NCBI GenBank assembly: GCA_964016885.1
Contig: OZ024758.1
Location: 13,206,001 to 13,270,000, forward strand
Direction of reading: 5' to 3'
Origin: Eledone cirrhosa
Taxonomy: Eukaryota
DNA length: 64,000 nucleotides
Shown here: positions 12,366 through 22,330 of the stretch, piece after piece
Layout: the number at the start of each line of letters is the position of its first letter
Position numbering within the stretch: position 1 is the first letter of the stretch
Position numbers and translations under genes: made by a program
The notes under the pieces: generated by a model
Told to the model about the DNA's origin: nothing
The model's database searches: none
Seen by the model: the letters and a program-made list of their open reading frames with translations, nothing else

Positions 12366-12453
12366 AGGGTATGTCCCCCCTCAAAAAAAAATGTATACAC
12401 ACTTTGATTAGAATGCTATTGAAGTATGTATACATTTTTTTGGAAACACCCTG
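12366..12453. mobile_element. Short mariner-like MITE (CAGGGTGT-type TIR)
   Basis: AGGGTATGTCC...AAAAATGTATAC / GTATACATTTTTTTGGAAACACCCTG|TA. A related copy is at 38246-38341. Confidence 0.65.
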
Positions 12454-12686
12454 TATATATATATATATTTTAGAAGGGGGTGAGAACACTATTTTATTTT
12501 ACAAAGCTGTTTATACGAAAAGAAAACACTATTTTAGTTGGGGAATAAAATAAAAGAAAAAAATGGATTAAGCCACAGAAGGGAGGAGGGGGGGGGGCCG
12601 CACACCGCACTCTGCCCCACCCCCCAGTCTGAGTGGTGTTTGAACCAGAAATGGTAAACCACCTTAAAATACTTGTGTATTTGCAG

Positions 12687-12847
12687 ATTAATATCTTTGT
12701 ATCAATATGGAGTCCAAGAAAATTCATAGAAGTAGCTGTCTGAGTGCGACTCCAGTTTATCAAAGATGACACCTTTTGTGTCACCTGCGAGAACAATACC
12801 TTGGAAATTGTGAATCCTCGAAACTATACTCAGAATATCAAGTACCA
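12687..12847 (+). pseudogene. KIF22: KIF22-like exon (motor N-terminus) with premature stop
   Basis: IEVAV*VRLQFIKDDTFCVTCENNTLEIVNPRNYTQNIKY(Q). TGA at 12741-12743 replaces the Arg of VAVRxRP. The donor gtaagt is phase 2 and fits the next exon. Confidence 0.8.
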
Positions 12848-13174
12848 GTAAGTAATATTACACAAAAGGAGATCAGTGATGGATCGTTCTATTGTTGGAT
12901 GTCTTACCTCTAGTTTTTACATTTCATGGGTTAGATGGGTCGTCCCATTGATGGAAATCTTACCCTTGTTTTTACATCTATTTCATAGGATAAATGGGTC
13001 GTCCCATCTATTTAATGAGTGAGATGGTTCATTCCATTGTTGGAAGTTTCACCCTTGCTGGAACTGTCTCAATTGTTTTTACATCTATTTCATGGGTTAA
13101 ATGGGTTGTACCATTGTTGGAAATCTCACCCTCATTTTTACATCTATTTCAAGATAATCACTTTATAGAGTGGA

Positions 13175-13325
13175 CTGGGTACTTTTAGTAGTGTCACTAA
13201 GACGACCATTTTACAGGGTGGACCGGGTACTTTTAGTAGTGTCACCAATACGACCACTTTACAGGGTGGACTGGATGCTTTTACTAGTGTCACCAAGACG
13301 ACCACTTTACAGGGTGGACTGGGTG
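13175..13325. repeat. 45-bp tandem repeat x~3
   Basis: Unit ~AGGGTGGACTGGGTACTTTTAGTAGTGTCACCAAGACGACCACTTTAC. Confidence 0.8.
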
Positions 13326-13383
13326 CTATATAAGATGATGATGATGACAAATTAATGTTCTACTGATTGTTTCTTTGCTACAG

Positions 13384-13511
13384 ATTCAATACCGTCTTTG
13401 ATGCTGACAGTACCCAGGAAGATGTTTATAAAACCTTTGTAGCTCCAAAGTTAAATTGTGTCTTTAAGCGAGAAAATATGTCTGTCTTGACATATGGAGC
13501 CCTTAGAACAG
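13384..13511 (+). pseudogene. KIF22: KIF22-like exon leading into the P-loop
   Basis: FNTVFDADSTQEDVYKTFVAPKLNCVFKRENMSVLTYGALRT(G). Acceptor ctacag, donor gtaagg. Confidence 0.85.
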
Positions 13512-13679
13512 GTAAGGAGTTCCACTGATCTTCATTTGTTTGTTTCATGTTTCTTATAATTCACATAATCTTGTCCATTTTAAGTGATTATCAACAAGAA
13601 GAGTCTCCACCTGTTTATGGTGGCATCCGATAACAATGTTAGAACTCATTGTGGCTTTGAAGAGATGGTTTCAACTACC

Positions 13680-14146
13680 ATACTCTAAACGCCTTGCTTC
13701 TCTGGGCATGGATACATTGAAGCTCTGACGTCTGGCAACTGACTTGGTAAACATCCACAAAATCATGAATCATCTTGCCAACAACAACTCTGAGCACCTT
13801 TTTGATTTTCATGTGACGAACACCCGTGGGTATGCCAACAAAGTCAGAAAACGGCACAGCTCCCATGACTTTCGGAAACATTTTTTCACGCTCAGAGTTG
13901 CTGAAGCATGGAACAAACTACCTGCATCACTTGTTAGCTATCGAGACACTGCATCCTTTAAAACCTCGATGCTTCCTGAAATTCGCCAATACTACACCTG
14001 ATGTGTATCCCCCCCCCCTCCATACAGACGCACACATGTATATCATGACTCGTACACTGTTAATTTTCCTGACATTTGTACATTATTCTATGTACTATAC
14101 ATGCACCTTTGATGAGCACTGTACACAATAATTTCATTATTATTAT
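13680..14146 (+). mobile_element. 3' fragment of a CR1/L2-group LINE
   Basis: ORF 13744-14001 (TRG...K...RKHFFTLRVAEAWNKLP...FK) is typical of the CR1-group ORF2 C-terminus. Ends in a (TAT)n tail also seen at ~7290-7325. Confidence 0.8.
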
Positions 14147-14550
14147 AGCTTTTGTGGTAGGTGCCCATTGCATAAGATTCCCTTGAAGATTCCGCTCACG
14201 CTACGGAGGTATTTCTATATATGTATGCATGTGTGTGTGTATTGAACGATGAAAATAAGACAAGTCGAAGATAGGTTCTTCTGTCATGTGTGGTCTTGGT
14301 GTTGTGACCAGTCCAGTCTTTGTTAGACCAGGATTTTCTTTGTCTACCTCTCCCCCCCCCCCCCCCCCCCTCCCTCGACTGTGTCCTTTCTATCACCAAC
14401 CACTTTAGTGTGTACTGGGTACTTTTATTGTGTAGATCACCAACACAAGGAGCACGGCGCATGTGAAGGCACATGGCTTAGTGGTTAGAGCATTGCGCTT
14501 GCAATCGAAAGGTTGTGAGTTCAATTCTCGGACTGTTGTTTCCTTGAGCA

Positions 14551-14582
<32 letters not shown>

Positions 14583-14742
14583 TTATATATATATATATAT
14601 ATAGCCACACACACTGTGTGTGTGTATTTTAAAACCAATTTAATTTTTCAATTAAAGTAACAAGCTGGTTCTAAGGACTCGTATCAAAACTTCCCTTTGC
14701 TTTCTTGTAAAAATTTCGTTTTAAAATTTCTAGTTTATGGTT

Positions 14743-14910
14743 TGACTTGTGAGGTCGCTGTGTGACATGTGAGGTCGCTGTGTGACATGTGAGATCGCTG
14801 TGTGACATGTGAGGTCGCTGTGTGACATGAGGTCGCTGTGTGACATGAGGTCGCTGTGTGACTTGTGAGGTCGCTGTGTGACTTGTGAGGTCGCCGTGTG
14901 ACTTGTGAGG
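14743..14910. repeat. 20-bp minisatellite x~8
   Basis: Unit TGTGAGGTCGCTGTGTGAC(A/T), with some 18-bp variants. Confidence 0.92.
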
Positions 14911-14949
14911 TAATTATGACTTAAGATATTCTAACTTTGTTTTATTCAG

Positions 14950-15126
14950 ATCTCCCATATCCAGCAATTTTAATAACCACCATCCCAGTCGCAGTCATAC
15001 CATTTTGCTAGTTACTGTTGAAAAACACGAACTGTTTCCACCATTTACCACGTATATTGGTAAAATACATTTTGTTGATTTGGCTGGCTTGGAGAATAAC
15101 AAATTTTCTGACAATAAAGGCTTGAG
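14950..15126 (+). pseudogene. KIF22: KIF22-like exon (switch I and switch II)
   Basis: SPISSNFNNHHPSRSHTILLVTVEKHELFPPFTTYIGKIHFVDLAGLENNKFSDNKGL(R). Confidence 0.9.
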
Positions 15127-15572
15127 GTAACTCTTTCCAAACCATTCCATTCTATTTTATCATAAAACAATTATTTTTCTTCCAATTTCTGTTGATAAAG
15201 GCACATCTATTTGTATGGTAACGAAATGATTAATTTTCTATTAAAATGTTTGCATTATGTGAACATTTTGGAAAGCTCTTCTACTACAACTACTGCATTC
15301 ATCCACTTCTTTGTGATCTGACATTAACTGCCTCAGTTCTTCACCAGATAATTCTGTATCTTCCTCAATGACTCTCTTTAATGTCTTGAGAGGTCTTCCA
15401 TGTTTGTTTTTCACATTAGTGGACTCCCATAGTAAAAGTTTTATAGCAGGTTTGTTTCCTCTCATGGCATGACCTGCAAGTTGAAATCACCAGATACGGA
15501 TGATATGGCTAATGTATGGGAGGTTGACATAGAAATAAAAGCTCTGCTCTAGTGAAATATTTTGTATTTCAG

Positions 15573-15648
15573 GATGCGAGAAAGTTCCTGTGTCAATAAA
15601 TCTCTGTTTATCCTCCATGAAGTGGTTGATGCCATCAACAGTGGCCAG
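15573..15648 (+). pseudogene. KIF22: KIF22-like exon (helix alpha4)
   Basis: MRESSCVNKSLFILHEVVDAINSGQ. Phases fit both neighbouring exons. Confidence 0.88.
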
Positions 15649-16407
15649 GTATGTGACTTTAGTGTTGTATTGTTTTACATTCATGTTGCTATTCTGTGTT
15701 GCTCCAGTACACTCAGCTGAGATGTATGATTGTAATGTCGTCGGTTCAGTTCCTGGACAGGCTGTTGTATTGTTCTTGAGCAATACATTTTATTTCATGT
15801 TGCTCCAGAATACTCAGCTGAAAATGAGTACCAGCAATAACTGAAGAGTTAAACCTGTGATAGACTAGTGTCTTGTCCAGGGAGAATCTTTTATTCTCAG
15901 TTGCTTAATACCAAGGAAACCAGAGATAAGCACTGCACTGATGAGCCTTCGGCTTAGAACAGACTAACTTTAACACTAAATCTTCTACATGTTATGGGTG
16001 GCTTGGAGCCAGCAAGGGCATCTGGTTATAAAACATTACCTCAGAAAGAGCCCCAACAATGGGTAAGAAGCTTGTTATGAGGTCTGCAAGTCTAACCCTT
16101 GCTTAAACTGTGAAGATGGCCTTAACATATTTATTTTTCTGTCTGTATTCAGTTTAGACTAGTTCCACCGTATCCCCAGCATGTTGTAATAGGTAACTAA
16201 ATGGTTTAGCACCAGGAAGGGCATCTGGTTGTAAAACATTGTTTCAAGAAGGACCCCCATTATAGATATATAGTTTGTCATGGGGTCTGCAAGGCTAACC
16301 CCTATTTCTATAGGGAAGATAGCCTTAAAATTATTCAATATCTTTTATTTTTACTTTATTTCATTGTAATTTCTATTCTTCTCATTGAATCTCGATTTAT
16401 TTTTCAG

Positions 16408-16452
16408 CAAAGAATACCATATAGAAACAGTAAACTCACAAGACTTTTACAG
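16408..16452 (+). pseudogene. KIF22: KIF22-like exon (microtubule-binding motif)
   Basis: QRIPYRNSKLTRLLQ, matching the kinesin IPYR.SKLT.LLQ signature. Confidence 0.92.
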
Positions 16453-16704
16453 GTAAAGAGAATTTTTGTCTGTTTATTTGTGAACAGTGACTGCGTTGTT
16501 GGACATTGGAGCTTGCATGGGTTGGACGGGTCCTTCTCAGTACAGCATCTCTCCACTAGCACTGTCTTTTGTCATTTCCTTTCTCAGGTTCAGTTTATTT
16601 CACCACCTCTGCCCACATCTTTCTTGGTCTTCCCTATTCCACAGCTACCTTCTACTTGGAAGAAATTTTTAACTTAAAAATTTTTGTTTTTTTGTTTTAA
16701 CCAG

Positions 16705-16852
16705 AACTCGTTTGGAGGCCGAAATTCTACGATGATTATTGCAACAATTGCCCCCGAAGAGAAATATTACTTCAACACTTGCTCTACTTTAAACTTTGCT
16801 ACGAAGAGTAAGAAAGTTGTCAACAAAACTGTCGCATGTAAACAAATCCGAG
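16705..16852 (+). pseudogene. KIF22: KIF22-like exon (end of motor and neck)
   Basis: NSFGGRNSTMIIATIAPEEKYYFNTCSTLNFATKSKKVVNKTVACKQIR. Confidence 0.9.
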
Positions 16853-17574
16853 GTAAAATTTCCTCTCGTCCTCACTGAATCAGCTTTTTACATAACGAGT
16901 GTCAGCCAAGAAATTCATAGGCTGACTATGAAGGAGTGATGCTAGAGCTGTGAAATCCCACGTGCATTAATTTTAACTCTTATTGATAACTGCATTAGTT
17001 TCTTTCTAGAGACCGTTGATAAATAAACCTCATTTGGTCATTCCATGAGAGTATCTTGGGCAGCCTATGAACTTTTCAGCTGACCCTCATATATTAAAAA
17101 AAAAACATCTCGCTGTATATACCTGTATATAAGCTGACATATTTACCATCCAGCCATTGATTGAACCCCTATATTTACTATCTAGTAGTTGATAAATAAG
17201 GGGTTTGAATACTTTCTAGGGACTGTTGAAAAATATACCTCATTTGGTCATGCCATGAGAGTATCTTGGTCGGCCTATGAATTTTTCAGCTGCCCCTCAT
17301 ACAGTTCTGATAACTTGAACAGTATCAAGAAGACACAGGCCTTGTTAGAATTTAAAGGCAATGGGATACAGCTGGGGAGATGTGTCATTAGAATGTAGTG
17401 TTGGTCTGCATGAGGTTATCACATAAGATTATGATTGAAGATTTGAATGTAAATTGGAAACCTTTAAAATGGAGTGGTTTCACTTCATAGAACCAGAAAA
17501 ATTTTGGGCGGGTTGGTAAATAAAGGGTTAAGAGTTAATAATTTCTTTGTTATTCTTCATCTGGTTATCTGCAG

Positions 17575-17710
17575 GATGTGATTCCAGTGTTAATGGTGAT
17601 CAACAAGATGCAGCAGAGAGACCGGAACTTTCACCAGATTCTCCAGGTGTAAATATTTCTGGAGCATTATCAGATATATCTCCAATTGTTTCAGATTTTG
17701 ATTTAGCCAG
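17575..17710 (+). pseudogene. Probable post-motor exon of the kinesin pseudogene
   Basis: Acceptor ctgcag, donor gtaagt. The phase-1 start fits the previous exon. Open frame GCDSSVNGDQQDAAERPELSPDSPG...DFDLA. Confidence 0.7.
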
Positions 17711-17729
17711 GTAAGTTGCCACTGTAACC

Positions 17730-18257
17730 ATCCTCTGTCCGTATGCAGCACTTAGAGTTTGCGTAAATCTGTTTGATTGCCGAAATGACTTTCTGGGGCA
17801 GACCATACTCATGCATGATGCTCCAGAGTGACGGTCGATGAATGCTATCGAATGCTTTGGAGAAATCGATGAAGCTGACGGCGAGGGGCCTCTGGAATTC
17901 GTTGTACCTCTCAATGATGCGGCGTAACGTAAAGATCTGCTCTGCACAGGAACGTTTTGGTCGGAACCCTGCCTGTTGTTCTCTAGAGCTGCCGGTGATT
18001 TTCTTGGCAATTTGGTACACAGAGCGCATGTCATTGCGTGCCGCAGCTGCTTCCGCCTCCTCTGCCTTACCCTCAAGCCACATTCGTTTGTCCTTTTGGG
18101 CACTGCGTTTCACCTCCTTGTCCTTGTCAACATACTGCTGATATACCTTGATGGCCTCTGGGGTAGTGGCATGCCTCTGCTGGTGTAGGGCTTTCCTTTC
18201 ATTAATCAGCTGCCAGGTGTTGTCGCTGACCCAAGCTTCTCTGAGGGACTTCCTGTA
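17730..18257 (-). mobile_element. Internally deleted RTE-type LINE fragment
   Basis: QQAGFRPKRSCAEQIFTLRRIIE...FIDFSKAFDSIHR (RT domain) fused to the pre-RT region, which is duplicated at 18897-19172. Confidence 0.85.
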
Positions 18258-18286
18258 GCTAAATCAAAATCTGAAACAATTGGAGA

Positions 18287-18790
18287 TCATCATCATCATC
18301 ATCATCACCGTTTTACGTCCGTTCTTCCACGCTAGCATGGGTTAGACGGGTTGTCCTGTTGTGGGCAGTGTCTGGTCGGCTGACCATGCCTTGCTCATAC
18401 AGGAACTGATTTGGCTTGATTTCTACAGCTGGATGCCCTTCCTAACACCAACCTGATTTACAGTGAGTGCTGGTTGCTTTTTCGTGGCGCCTACACGTCC
18501 ACTTTACAGTGTGGGCTGGGTGCTTTTTTGCCGTGGCACCTCCACGACCACCTTGCGGTGGGGTGTGTGGGGGCATATTGTCTATATGCTTCAGCTTGTA
18601 TCCATGGGAGGTCGGGTACCCTGTATTACTGCGTGACGCCCGAGGTCACGGCCGTGTGTCATTACCTTTGAGAGGTGTAATTGGGTAAGGTCGGCTTTTA
18701 TCACCTCATCGCAGGTCATCTTGGGTCTCCCCACTCCGCGGTTTCCATCAACTTCTAGTAGGTTCCTTAGTGTCTGCTGGCACACGTGGT
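18287..18790 (-). mobile_element. 3' end of an RTE LINE (ORF C-terminus, 3'UTR and (GAT)n tail)
   Basis: LEVDGNRGVGRPKMTCDEVIKADL...RDLGRHAV is a typical RTE terminus. The 3'UTR is shared with SINE family A. Confidence 0.8.
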
Positions 18791-19172
18791 TCCGGTCAGT
18801 TGAGGACTTCCTTGAAATGTTCAGCCCATCTGACTAACTTTTCTTCACCCTTGGAAAGCAGCGTACCATCTTTCGCTTTCACCGGGCCTGAGTTAGCTCT
18901 AGAGCTGCCGGTGATTTTCTTGGCAATTTGGTACACAGAGCGCATGTCATTGCGTGCCGCAGCTGCTTCCGCCTCCTCTGCCTTACCCTCAAGCCACATT
19001 CGTTTGTCCTTTTGGGCACTGCGTTTCACCTCCTTGTCCTTGTCAACATACTGCTGATATACCTTGATGGCCTCTGGGGTAGTGGCATGCCTCTGCTGGT
19101 GTAGGGCTTTCCTTTCATTAATCAGCTGCCAGGTGTTGTCGCTGACCCAAGCATCTCTGAGGGACTTCCTGT
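18790..19172 (-). mobile_element. RTE-type LINE fragment (pre-RT region)
   Basis: KRSAQKDKRMWLEGKAEEAE...KDGTLLSKGEEKLVRWAEHFKEVLN. Confidence 0.8.
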
Positions 19173-19173
19173 A

Positions 19174-19434
19174 GCTAAATCAAAATCTGAAACAATTGGA
19201 GATATATCTGATAATGCTCCAGAAATATTTACACCTGGAGAATCTGGTGAAAGTTCCGGTCTCTCTGCTGCATCTTGTTGATCACCATTAACACTGGAAT
19301 CACATCCTTCAGATAACCAGATGAAGAATAACAAAGAAATGATTAACTCTTAACCCTTTACTTACCAACCCGCCCAAAATTGGCTCTGGTTCTATGAAGT
19401 GAAACCACTCCATTTTAAAGGTTTCCAATTTACA
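19174..19434 (-). repeat. Inverted duplicate of 17447-17707 (kinesin exon plus upstream intron)
   Basis: Reverse-complement match with few substitutions. The acceptor gcag has become gaag in the copy. Confidence 0.92.
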
Positions 19435-19471
19435 GTGTGAACTGTTGTGTCATCGACACAATGGACGGAAC

Positions 19472-19514
<43 letters not shown>

Positions 19515-20289
19515 ATTTTTTTATAACGATTTAGTGTTGAAGAATCAAAACTAATGATAAAATAAAAATATATTTTTTAAAATGAGGCCCCAAGGGTGTG
19601 TGGCCCTAAGCTATTGCTTATCTAACTTATAGATTAATATATATAATATATATATATAATATATATATATATATAATATATATATATAATATATCATATC
19701 ATCGTTTAACGTCTATCTTCCACGCTAGCATGGGTTTAGACGGGAATCATCCCACTTGAGGCAAGATTGGTCGGGAGACCGTGTCTCGCTTGTATAGGAC
19801 TGTCTGGCAGGTTTTCTACAGCTGGATGCCCTTCCTAACACCAACCACGTTTATTGTGGACTGGGAGGTTTTTACCGTGTTACCTACACACCCACATTAC
19901 ACCTGTGCAGGTGTAAACTGTAAATTGTTTTTTTTTTTTTATTTCATATTTTATTTATTTTTTTTTTTCTACCGTTTCTGTTACATTAACTCTTTCGTTT
20001 TTTAATTGTTTATTAATAATAAAGTAAAATTTTAAAGAACCGGTGATGTTTTAACAAACTCATGGCATATTAACAATCCGGTGAATTTTATCAGGCAGTT
20101 TTTTTTAATTTTAATTTTTTTTTTTTTTTTTAGCCAATGTCTTATGGTGTCAGGAAAGTTATTCAATTATATTTTGTTGCTTCTCTTCGTATGTAAAGAT
20201 ATGGCCTATTTTTAATAGTTTCACTGTATAAGATTCTGCTTTTGGCGATACACCTTAAAAGTTCTTCTCTCCATATCCATCCATATCCA

Positions 20290-22330
20290 GTTTTGGTCTT
20301 TAGGGTGCTGCGGTTATCTTGGACTCCAAGGTAGGCAACACCAGGCAATGTCTCACAGCCGCTCTCCATGAATTTCTGTCCATAGAATCGACATCGCCCA
20401 TTCTCCATTTATACAAATCACTCTTCACGCACTCCAACCACAACTTCCTTGGTCTGTTGCGATCTCTAGTGCCAGGGATTGCCAAGTGAGTGATGGAGTT
20501 GATGCACGATGTGGCTCGCTGCACATGTCCGTACCAACAGATGTTATGTGCGAAGGACAGCAGTGATCTCATCCACACCCAGCTTTTGGTGGAGCATGAT
20601 CGAAGGGGTCTCATCTTTCAATTTGGTGCCACAGATCCACCTAATCATGGCACGATCATTTTGCCTGAGCCATTGCAGATCTGAGACATTCGGAGCCAAT
20701 ATCTCACCGCCATGAAGCAGAGCAAACACAAGCAGAAAACATTTTGCCACGCACCTTGAAAGATGTTCTTTGAAGCGAGGATGGGCAACAGCTTTCTCTC
20801 CTTCTGACCAAATACCAATCTAAAGATGTGCATTCACTGCCATGTAATCTTTCACACTTACAAGTCTTCCACCTTGTATATTCCAGTGTCTATAGCTTTA
20901 TAACACTTACCTTAGCCTATACGACTTCACTATCTCTTCTTTAGCTAATCCTAGATCGCCTTTCTTTGGCAAAGGAAGTATACAGCCTTCAGTCTGTTTT
21001 TCTATAACTTCTCCATTGTATCTGGTATTGCAGAGGTTCAGCAGATTACCATTAAAGTTCTGTGTCTTCCATACTTTGGGAGGAATATTGTCTAGGTCTG
21101 CTGTTTACTCGTTTTTTTCCCTTTTTTCATTACAGTTTCTAACTCTGCAATGTTAAAGTTTCCAAGTTTGATATCAACAATGGCTTCAACCTCAGCATCT
21201 GCAATATTTGGTTCCTTGCCCAATAAATTTTCAAAGTGGTCTGCCCATTTCTTCAGCCTTTCTGCCTGATTATCGGTCTTTAAATATGGTAGATGACTTT
21301 CTATCATTGACCTTGTAGACAGTTTTCCAAGAAATTGCAAATTGTTTGTTGGCAGCAGCAGAATTGACAATCTTTATTATTTCTTTGTATTCTTCTTGTT
21401 GATTCAGGTAGATGTCTTTTAGTTGGGCTAAGGCCTTATCAAAGTTCAATTTAGAATCTAGTTTCTTAACAAGGCCTTCTCTTTTATAATAGCCCTCTGA
21501 GAGACATTGTATTCCCATAGAATATTTCGTTTTTAACTTGATCCACTGTTTCACTTGTTCCATCACTATGTTGAAACCTTTCAACTATATTTTATACCTC
21601 GTATCCATGTGTCGTTTCTCCTATATTTTGACCTTTTTCCATTTTCCTCAGATTCAGAACCTCTTGAGACACATGAGGTAGCTAGTGTTCCATGGACTGT
21701 TGCATCTATATATATATATATATATCGTTCCAACTTTTGTTGACGGGTTTTAGGTCCCTGTCACTTGTCTGCCACCAGTTCATCTTGGGGTATCCTCTTC
21801 GCCTCTGCCCATGGGGAGTATGACCAATACAGGACCTGATTAGCATGTCTCTCACTTGGGAGTTATGTGATGTCCCAACCAGCCAAGTCAACACTTGTAC
21901 ATGTTAGACACGGGTTGTTGGTGAGTTCGTTGACGGATTTCTTTGTTGTTGATCAAATGAGCCCACCTGATGCCAAAAATTCTCTGTAGACTTTTGGTGT
22001 CAAAAGCATCATTGATTCTCTTAGTCAGTGTTTCGCACTCTACATTTCACACCCATACAGGAGTGTTGGAATCATATTGCTGTTGTGAAACCTCATCTTG
22101 GTACCAAATGTTTTTTTTTTTTTTTTTTTTTTTTTGTTTCTCCAGATCTTAAGTTGCTTAAAGGCAGCCAAAGCTTTGCCTATTCTACAATTAATTTCTT
22201 TGACCATGTCCTCACATCTGTTGATAGATCTGAGGTAGGTGAAGTTGTCCATGACCTCTACATCTTCCTGGTTGATACAGACATTTGTTGATGATGGATG
22301 TATACCAACTAGCATGTTCTTGGTCTTTTT
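20290..22330 (-). mobile_element. Cluster of decayed RTE-group LINE fragments
   Basis: RAMIRWICG and WYGHVQR...G.R.R.RP (20290-20810), KKWADHFENLL (20880-21590), EVMDNFTYL...EINCRIGKA...LLYGCE (21735-22330). All carry stops or frameshifts. Confidence 0.75.

Larger units (their letters stand above)
12687..17710 (+). pseudogene. KIF22: KIF22/Kid-like (kinesin-10) unprocessed pseudogene, 7 recognisable exons
   Basis: GT-AG-bounded exons: 12687-12847, 13384-13511, 14950-15126, 15573-15648, 16408-16452, 16705-16852, 17575-17710. KIF22-like peptides include LEIVNPRNYTQNIKYQF, GKIHFVDLAGLENNKFSDNKGLR, RIPYRNSKLTRLLQ and IATIAPEEKYY. In-frame TGA at 12741, and ~100 aa of the motor domain could not be found. 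Confidence 0.82.

Noticed and set aside
15935-15965. CTGATGA-GCC-TTC-GGC hammerhead candidate
   Set aside because: The hairpin is not followed by GAAA, and it lies in a SINE-like tail.
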